A stretch of 32,000 nt of DNA, taken from NCBI RefSeq assembly GCF_000196355.1, contig NC_007614.1, positions 810,001-842,000 of the forward strand. The letters run 5' to 3'. The stretch is from Nitrosospira multiformis ATCC 25196. GTDB lineage: Bacteria; Pseudomonadota; Gammaproteobacteria; Burkholderiales; Nitrosomonadaceae. This document shows positions 26,084-32,000 of this stretch, one piece after another (the stretch's first letter is position 1; every line of letters begins with the position of its first letter). Made by a program: the position numbers and the translations under genes. The notes below the pieces were generated by a model, which searched no databases, was not told the DNA's origin, and worked only from the letters and a program-made list of their open reading frames with translations.

Positions 26084-26497
26084 TCAGCAATGCTCGTTTT
26101 TTGTCGGAGGGATGCAGAATGTATCTTCCGCGAGCTGTATTGCCATTCCCCGATAGGATTCGGCTTCCTTGATATGGGCCTTTGCGGCATTGTCGTATTT
26201 GCGTGCCAAGGCATGAGCATGCCCTTGCAGATCTTGAGCTTGCCTTCCATAGAGATAGCTTTTAGCCTTGTACTGCTCAAGCAGCCGTTTTTGCTCCTGC
26301 GCTTTGGTTTGCATTTCCTTTGCTGCATCTTCGTGGTTCTTTGCTCTGGCCTCATAATCATTCAGAGTTATAGCATTATGAATCTTCTTGGCATCCGCAT
26401 CCTCCGTCGCTTCTGCAAATGAAACCGCTGTCGTCAACAATGCGGTCACAATAGCAAAAATATATGAAACAGCAACGAGCTTTGCTTTTTTCATCAT
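26084..26497 (-). CDS. Hypothetical secreted protein (signal peptide, helical Lys/Ala/Glu-rich, C-terminal Cys pair)
   Basis: The ATG ATG at 26497/26494 is preceded by GAAGGGA. The N-terminal MMKKAKLVAVSYIFAIVTALLTTAVSFA|EA looks like a Sec signal peptide with an AxA-type cleavage site. The mature part is charged and helical and ends in CIPPTKNEHC. I do not recognise a family. Confidence 0.6.
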   Translation of the reverse strand: MMKKAKLVAVSYIFAIVTALLTTAVSFAEATEDADAKKIHNAITLNDYEARAKNHEDAAKEMQTKAQEQKRLLEQYKAKSYLYGRQAQDLQGHAHALARKYDNAAKAHIKEAESYRGMAIQLAEDTFCIPPTKNEHC

Positions 26498-27022
26498 TGT
26501 TCCCTTCTTGGTAATCAATCGGTTAATTGTGATTTTTTTGTTATGTTTTTGTTATTTTAAAGTGAAAACAGCTTTTTGCCCATCAAGTTCCTCCAGGTAA
26601 TTTTTCTCGATGGGGAATTCGAGACTTGTTGTTGGCCTTTTTGGATTGAGGACAACAGGGGGCAGGGAGAGCCAGAAAAATAGCCTGACGATTAAAAATC
26701 TACAAAGGAACTGTATAGCCGAGATGAAATAACCTTTCATCAGTCATCCACAAAGCAATCTCCGCATTTCCGCCACTCCCTTCTCCTGCCCGGCAATCGT
26801 CTCTTGCAGGAGCAGATGCCAGTCAGTAATACACCTTTCCTTCTCCTTTTCCATATCCGGCAGACTCTCCCGAGTCCAGCCCTATCCGGTGACAGGGCAG
26901 AGTGAGGCCACAGGTCTTAAACCCATGATTGCAGTATGGTTCGGGGTCTTGGGGGTTATAGTGGTGTTCATAAAATTTCTGGTAAAATTGCGGATTCTCC
27001 AAGAGCTCAGCAAGGATCTGTC

Positions 27023-27346
27023 ATGACTTATGTAGTAACTGAAAGTTGTATCAAATGCAAATACACGGATTGCGTAGATGTGTGTCCAGTGGATTGCTTT
27101 CGGGAAGGGCCCAATTTTCTGGTGATTGATCCTGACGAGTGCATCGACTGCACTTTGTGTGTAGCTGAGTGCCCGGTAGAGGCTATTTACTCTGAGGACG
27201 ATGTGCCGGGAACTCAGCAGCATTTCATTGCACTCAATGCCGAATTATCCAAATCCTGGAAACCTATCATCGAGAAAAAGGATGCGCTGCCTGATGCCGA
27301 CGATTGGGCAAAAGTGACGGAAAAACTGGAAAAGCTGGAACGCTGA
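27023..27346 (+). CDS. fdxA: Ferredoxin, FdxA-type (7Fe: [3Fe-4S][4Fe-4S])
   Basis: 107 aa from the ATG at 27023. [26 protein letters not shown]...[16 protein letters not shown] is the classic Azotobacter-type ferredoxin I cysteine pattern. The ORF track's earlier start at 26936 is unlikely. Confidence 0.93.
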   Translation: MTYVVTESCIKCKYTDCVDVCPVDCFREGPNFLVIDPDECIDCTLCVAECPVEAIYSEDDVPGTQQHFIALNAELSKSWKPIIEKKDALPDADDWAKVTEKLEKLER

Positions 27347-27371
27347 TTCAATAGCGGTGGCTTGCCGCGGC

Positions 27372-30164
27372 ATGTCTGCCATTCCTCATTCTCTACAAAT
27401 TCCTTTCCCCGAAGTTGTTGTAAACCGTATCGCCGGATTGAAAGCCGGCGATACGGTGGTGACTCCCAACACGCGGCTCGCCATCACCCTCAGGCGCGAG
27501 TTCGATCGAATCCAGGCAGCGCAAGGAATTTCTGCCTGGGCTGCAGCCGACATTCTGCCCGTTTCCGCATTTATCGAGCGCATCTACGAAGATGCGCTTT
27601 ATTCCACTCATGCATCTCATCTGCCCCAGCTGCTTACATCTGCACAGGAGCAGTTCTTGTGGGAGGAGGTTGTCGTCCAATCGGCCGCTCCCCTCTTGCT
27701 CTCGGTGGCAGAAAGCGCACGGTTGGCCCGGGAGGCGTGGAGGCTGGCCCATGAGTGGCAGTTGCTCCCCCGGTTCGGGAAATTCGTGTTGAACGAGGAT
27801 TGCAGGGCATTCAGCGCCTGGTCGCATCGCTATAAAAATGTAACCCGCAAGGCTCGTCAGATCGACCATGCACGTCTTTGCACGCTTGTAACCGGGTTGT
27901 GCGGTTCCCCTGGTATCGCGATTCCGCAACGCCTGATTTGTTATGGTTTCGACAGCGTTACGCCGCAGTGGGCTGCGCTGCTGGCAAAGCTTGAGGAAGC
28001 GGGTTGCGAGGTCGATGAGATGACACGAACCGATCCGGCCGCGCACCGCTTCGAAGTGCCGTACTCCCCAAACCGGACTGTGCACCGGGTGGAATGTGAC
28101 GTCAGCAATGACGAGATTTATCAGGCCGCGGTGTGGGCGCGGGCCCGAATCGAGAAGGATAGCACGGCTCGCGTCGGCATAGTGGTCCCCCCGCTTTCGG
28201 AGTACCGGAGTAGCCTCGTACGAATCTTTAGCTCGGTGATGGATCCGGATGTCCGTCAAGCCCTTCCCGGCGTACCGCGGCATATGCCATTCAACATATC
28301 CCTGGGCGTTGCGCTGAGTTCGTATCCGCTGGTACATACTGCATTCCTTGTGCTTGAGCTTATCCAGGGAGAAATCGAGTTCGAGCGTGCAAGCCTCTTG
28401 TTACGATCTCCCTTCCTGGCGGGAGCGGAGACTGAAATGCTTCCCCGCGCACGGCTGGATGCAAAATTGCGCAAGCGTGCCGAACCTGTGATTACACTCG
28501 AACGCCTGCTTGTACTGGTAAAGCGTGAAAACAACGCGAACTGTCCCCTCCTCGTGAAGCTGTTGTGGGACTGCGAAAAGTTCTGCAAAAAAATGTCGAC
28601 AGATGTGCAGCGCCCTTCCACGCTGGCAAGAGCAATTTCCGATATCCTGCAGCTCGTCGGATTTCCAGGTGAAAGAGCTCCTGACTCTTCAGAATATCAG
28701 ACGCTCAAAAAATGGCAGGACGTCCTCGCGGGTTTAGCCCTGCTTGATAACGTTACCATCGGCATGAGCTATCGCCAGGCTATCTCACATCTGCGCGGGG
28801 TGGCTGCCGATACCTTGTTTCAGCCGGAGACGCCGGATGTTCCCATCCAGATACTCGGGGTCTTTGAAGCTGGCGGAATGATGTTCGATCATCTCTGGGT
28901 GATGGGATTATCGGATGAGGCCTGGCCGCTGCAACCACGCCCGAACCCGTTCCTGCCGATCGAGCTGCAGCGCGCCGAAAGACTGCCCCTGGGCTCTCCG
29001 GCAGCCACTCTCGAACTTGCGTCCCGTTTTACGGAGGGATGGCTGGCCGCATCGAAGGAAGTTATTCTGAGTCACGCGCGGCATAGCGGAAGCAGTGATA
29101 CACGTGAGCTGGCGCCAAGTCCGTTGATCGCACATATTGCTACCAGCGATATCAGGCTTTTCGGTCTGCTTCCGGATTATGTGAAACATCGCGATCTGAT
29201 TCATCAGGGACGCCGACTTGAGCGAATAAAGGATGAGCCGGCGCCCGGGATAGTCTCTGGCAAAGGAGGAGAGGGCAGAGCCCGCGGCGGGGTGGCGGTG
29301 ATAAAAGACCAGGCCGCCTGTCCATTCCGCGCGTTGGCGCTACATCGTTTGCATGCGGAAGGTTTGAAGACGCCTCATCCTGGACTTGATGCGGGAGAGC
29401 GCGGCACGCTGGTTCACGAGATGCTTGCCCAGGTATGGGAGCGGATCAAGAATAAGAGCGCACTCGACGCTTTGGCTGAGGACGAGTTGAGAACGCTGCT
29501 GACCAGTGCCGCGGGGGAAGTCATTGCACGCATGAGCGCGAGGCATTCACATACTTTGTCAGAACGTCTTGCCCGGGTCGAGCAGCGGCGGCTGGTAAGA
29601 TTGGCCCGAGAATGGCTCGAAGAAGAGAGGAAGCGAGGCGATTTCACTGTAGTTTCCACCGAGGCTAGAAAGAGCATCGAAATCGGCGGGCTTGCATTGG
29701 ACACCCGGCTGGATCGTGTGGATGAACTCGCCGACGGTCGCCGGATTGTCATCGACTACAAAACACGGGCGCCTTCCGTGAACGCGATGCTGGGGGAGCG
29801 CCCGGACGAGCCTCAACTGCCGCTCTATCTTGTGGCCGCTGAGGTGAACGCTGCAGCCATTGCCTTTGCGCAAGTCAGGGCCGGGGAAATGCGGTACACC
29901 GCGCTTGCCCGCGACAACGATCTTTTACCGGACGTAAAAGGGTTTGCGCAATCACGCCATATTGATCGATATGACTCGTGGGAAGCGCTCGTCGCAGCGT
30001 GGTTTGAGGCTCTTGTAAGCGTCGTTACCGATTTTTCCAACGGTCATTCGCAAGTCGACCCCAAGAAATATCCACAGACCTGTCGTACATGCGATGTTCA
30101 GCCCTTATGTCGCATTTACGAGCGCGCAGCCACGGATTTCACCGCGCAAGGGGAGGAAGAATGA
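27372..30164 (+). CDS. PD-(D/E)XK nuclease family protein, AddB-like subunit of a two-gene helicase-nuclease (probable DSB repair)
   Basis: About 930 aa. The C-terminal nuclease motif is GRRIVIDYKT (D/Y/K at 29754-29762). The Fe-S 'staple' cysteine pattern is one Cys at 29319-29321 (QAACPF) plus C-x2-C-x5-C at 30081-30110 (CRTCDVQPLC). No Walker A motif is visible. The start is ATG 27372 or GTG 27357. Confidence 0.82.
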   Translation: MSAIPHSLQIPFPEVVVNRIAGLKAGDTVVTPNTRLAITLRREFDRIQAAQGISAWAAADILPVSAFIERIYEDALYSTHASHLPQLLTSAQEQFLWEEVVVQSAAPLLLSVAESARLAREAWRLAHEWQLLPRFGKFVLNEDCRAFSAWSHRYKNVTRKARQIDHARLCTLVTGLCGSPGIAIPQRLICYGFDSVTPQWAALLAKLEEAGCEVDEMTRTDPAAHRFEVPYSPNRTVHRVECDVSNDEIYQAAVWARARIEKDSTARVGIVVPPLSEYRSSLVRIFSSVMDPDVRQALPGVPRHMPFNISLGVALSSYPLVHTAFLVLELIQGEIEFERASLLLRSPFLAGAETEMLPRARLDAKLRKRAEPVITLERLLVLVKRENNANCPLLVKLLWDCEKFCKKMSTDVQRPSTLARAISDILQLVGFPGERAPDSSEYQTLKKWQDVLAGLALLDNVTIGMSYRQAISHLRGVAADTLFQPETPDVPIQILGVFEAGGMMFDHLWVMGLSDEAWPLQPRPNPFLPIELQRAERLPLGSPAATLELASRFTEGWLAASKEVILSHARHSGSSDTRELAPSPLIAHIATSDIRLFGLLPDYVKHRDLIHQGRRLERIKDEPAPGIVSGKGGEGRARGGVAVIKDQAACPFRALALHRLHAEGLKTPHPGLDAGERGTLVHEMLAQVWERIKNKSALDALAEDELRTLLTSAAGEVIARMSARHSHTLSERLARVEQRRLVRLAREWLEEERKRGDFTVVSTEARKSIEIGGLALDTRLDRVDELADGRRIVIDYKTRAPSVNAMLGERPDEPQLPLYLVAAEVNAAAIAFAQVRAGEMRYTALARDNDLLPDVKGFAQSRHIDRYDSWEALVAAWFEALVSVVTDFSNGHSQVDPKKYPQTCRTCDVQPLCRIYERAATDFTAQGEEE

Positions 30165-32000
30165 GTATTGTGCTCCCGCTGCAGCAGAATGCATCGAGTG
30201 TTCCGCCGGATGAGGCGGAACGGCGCCAGGCGCTCGATCCTGCCTGCTCATTCATTGTGCAGGCCCCGGCCGGCTCCGGTAAAACCGGACTTCTGATTCA
30301 ACGCTACCTCAAACTGCTGGCTTGCGTCGAAGAACCGGAGGAGGTGGTGGCGATTACATTCACGCGCAAGGCAGCTGCCGAGATGCGCCAGCGGCTGGTG
30401 GCCGCGCTGGCCTCCGCCCAAAAAGCGGCTCACTCATCAGGAGCCCAGGAAGCCGAACAGGAAAGCAAACATGAAAAAACGACGCGAACACTGGCTCATG
30501 CGGTGCTGCGACGGGATGCGGAGGCGTGCTGGCGCCTTGCTGACCATCCTGCTCGGCTACGCATCCAAACATTCGATTCGCTGTGCGCTTCCCTTACCCG
30601 GCAGATGCCAGTGCTCTCCGGATTCGGAGGGCAGCCGGAAACGGTGGATGACGCCTCCGATCTATATCTCGAGGCGGCGCGCGCCACCCTTGCTCTGCTT
30701 GACGGCGACGATGCGGTTGCCGAAGATGTCGAGTGTTTGCTGGAGCACCTCGATAATGATATCGGACGTATAGAAAAACTGCTGGTAGAAATACTGGCCC
30801 TTCGGGACCACTGGTTGCGGCACGTTCATGTCAGAGAGCGGTACGAGCTGGAAGCGGCATTAAGAAACGCACGCCGGCAGACATTACGGCGCGTGCGCGC
30901 ATTATGGGCCTCCCATCCTCCTGTCGCGCAGGATGAACTGCTCGCACTGGTCAGATATGCGGGCAGCAATCTGGCCAATGGCGCTAGTCTGTCGATTGAA
31001 TATGAGCGGCTCGGTGCGCTCGACATTCTGCCTGGTTGTGAGGAGCAGGATGTTTTCTGCTGGTGCGCCATTTCGGAATTGCTCCTTACGAGAGGAGGGG
31101 ATTGGCGCAAGCAGCATACAGTCAGGGAAGGTTTTCCACCCGGCTCTGGTACCAAAGCCGAAAAAGAAATTGCAAAGTCCTGGAAAGAGCGGGCGTTACG
31201 ATTGATTTCCCAATTGGCCGAAAATGACGAGGGTTCGCTTCGCCAGTCGCTGCACGATATTCGCCTGCTGCCGCCGCCTGCTTACACAGAGGGGCAGTGG
31301 AAAATACTCGGTTCGATCACCCGACTGCTACCCTATGCTGTTGCGCAGCTCAAGCTCGTATTTCAGCAGCATGGCAAGGTGGATTTTACCGAAGTGGCGC
31401 AGGCAGCATTGCGCGCCCTGGGTGATCCCGAGGCGCCGACAGATCTTGCGCTCGCACTCGATTATCGCATTCGGCATTTATTGATAGATGAGTTTCAGGA
31501 TACTTCGATCAGCCAGTATGAGCTGGTTACAAAACTGACGACAGGATGGGAGCCGGGCGACGGACGCAGCATGTTCGTGGTGGGGGACCCGATGCAATCC
31601 ATCTATCGCTTCCGCCAGGCTGAAGTCGGGCTGTTCCTGCGTGCCCGCGCTGCCGGATTTGGGAACGTGACACTCGGTCCAGTTTCACTCTCCGCCAACT
31701 TCCGGTCGCAGCGCGGTATCGTGGACTGGGTTAACGCGACGTTCGCAAGTGTCATGCCGCAGCGCGAGAATATTTCCACAGGTTCGGTACGCTACTCACC
31801 CTCCGTTGCCGTGCGCACCGCATTGCCAGATCCTGCCGTCAGCGTGCACCCATTCTTCAACGATGACCATGGGGCCGAGGGAGCGAAAGTGGTGGAGATT
31901 GTCGCCCGGGCGCAGCGTGACGAGAATTGCTCCACCACTGCCATTCTGGTTCGAAATCGCAGCCACCTGGCGGAAATCCTGCCTCGCCTCAAAAAAGCCG
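30161..32000 (+). CDS. UvrD/Rep-family helicase, AddA-like (5' part; continues beyond the window)
   Basis: This gene is not in the ORF track because it has no stop inside the window. I translated it by hand from the ATG at 30161, which overlaps the upstream stop as ATGA. Motifs found are Walker A APAGSGKTG (GSGKT at 30272-30286), ITFTRKAAAEM, motif II LLIDEFQDTS (31487-31501), VGDPMQSIYRFRQA and NFRS. The frame stays open to nt 32000. Confidence 0.85.
   Translation, partial: MSIVLPLQQNASSVPPDEAERRQALDPACSFIVQAPAGSGKTGLLIQRYLKLLACVEEPEEVVAITFTRKAAAEMRQRLVAALASAQKAAHSSGAQEAEQESKHEKTTRTLAHAVLRRDAEACWRLADHPARLRIQTFDSLCASLTRQMPVLSGFGGQPETVDDASDLYLEAARATLALLDGDDAVAEDVECLLEHLDNDIGRIEKLLVEILALRDHWLRHVHVRERYELEAALRNARRQTLRRVRALWASHPPVAQDELLALVRYAGSNLANGASLSIEYERLGALDILPGCEEQDVFCWCAISELLLTRGGDWRKQHTVREGFPPGSGTKAEKEIAKSWKERALRLISQLAENDEGSLRQSLHDIRLLPPPAYTEGQWKILGSITRLLPYAVAQLKLVFQQHGKVDFTEVAQAALRALGDPEAPTDLALALDYRIRHLLIDEFQDTSISQYELVTKLTTGWEPGDGRSMFVVGDPMQSIYRFRQAEVGLFLRARAAGFGNVTLGPVSLSANFRSQRGIVDWVNATFASVMPQRENISTGSVRYSPSVAVRTALPDPAVSVHPFFNDDHGAEGAKVVEIVARAQRDENCSTTAILVRNRSHLAEILPRLKKA

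Noticed and set aside
26882-27223. A 113-aa minus-strand ORF, plus the 136-aa extended version of the ferredoxin ORF starting at 26936
   Set aside because: The minus-strand ORF is antisense to the unmistakable fdxA cysteine motifs. The extended plus-strand N-terminus ([16 protein letters not shown]...) precedes the canonical MTYVVTE start and has no homologous counterpart in FdxA-type ferredoxins that I know of.
1-32000. CRISPR arrays, tRNA/rRNA genes, transposases, integrases and prophage genes
   Set aside because: I looked through all intergenic regions and ORF translations. There are no repeat-spacer arrays, no cloverleaf-sized conserved RNA genes that I could recognise, and no DDE, tyrosine or serine recombinase motifs. 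A tRNA or ncRNA scan (tRNAscan-SE, Infernal) would be needed to be certain.

Overview
This is a chromosomal window with about 22 protein genes. I see no rRNA, tRNA, CRISPR array, transposase or integrase. Gene content and order look proteobacterial, possibly a beta-proteobacterial autotroph, but that is inference only.

Left to right:
- dGTPase-like HD hydrolase and hemE.
- An OmpR-type response regulator and sensor histidine kinase pair.
- A 390-bp AT-rich leader carrying several 11-12-bp-period direct repeats.
- A translationally coupled pair: a 915-aa DUF2309/UPF0753 protein (DabA-like) and a 630-aa NuoL/MnhA-type antiporter-like membrane subunit (DabB-like).
- A 680-bp purine-rich spacer with no long ORF.
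- A SulP/STAS anion transporter with a clean intrinsic terminator.
- A minus-strand M48 peptidase, pterin-4a-carbinolamine dehydratase and rsgA operon, divergent from orn.
- A glycogen cluster: glgP; glgB-glgA on the minus strand; glgC plus a GH57 enzyme.
- A small secreted protein.
- fdxA, then an AddB-like Fe-S PD-(D/E)XK nuclease overlapping an AddA/UvrD-like helicase that runs off the window.

The stand-out is the dabA-dabB pair. It has the hallmarks of the DAB family of energy-coupled inorganic-carbon pumps: a beta-carbonic-anhydrase-like Cys/Asp/His/Cys zinc site fused functionally to a complex-I-like proton channel. Here it sits between a two-component system and a SulP transporter, with compositional signs of being an acquired module. 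All calls come from reading the ORF translations and the DNA by eye. No searches were run.
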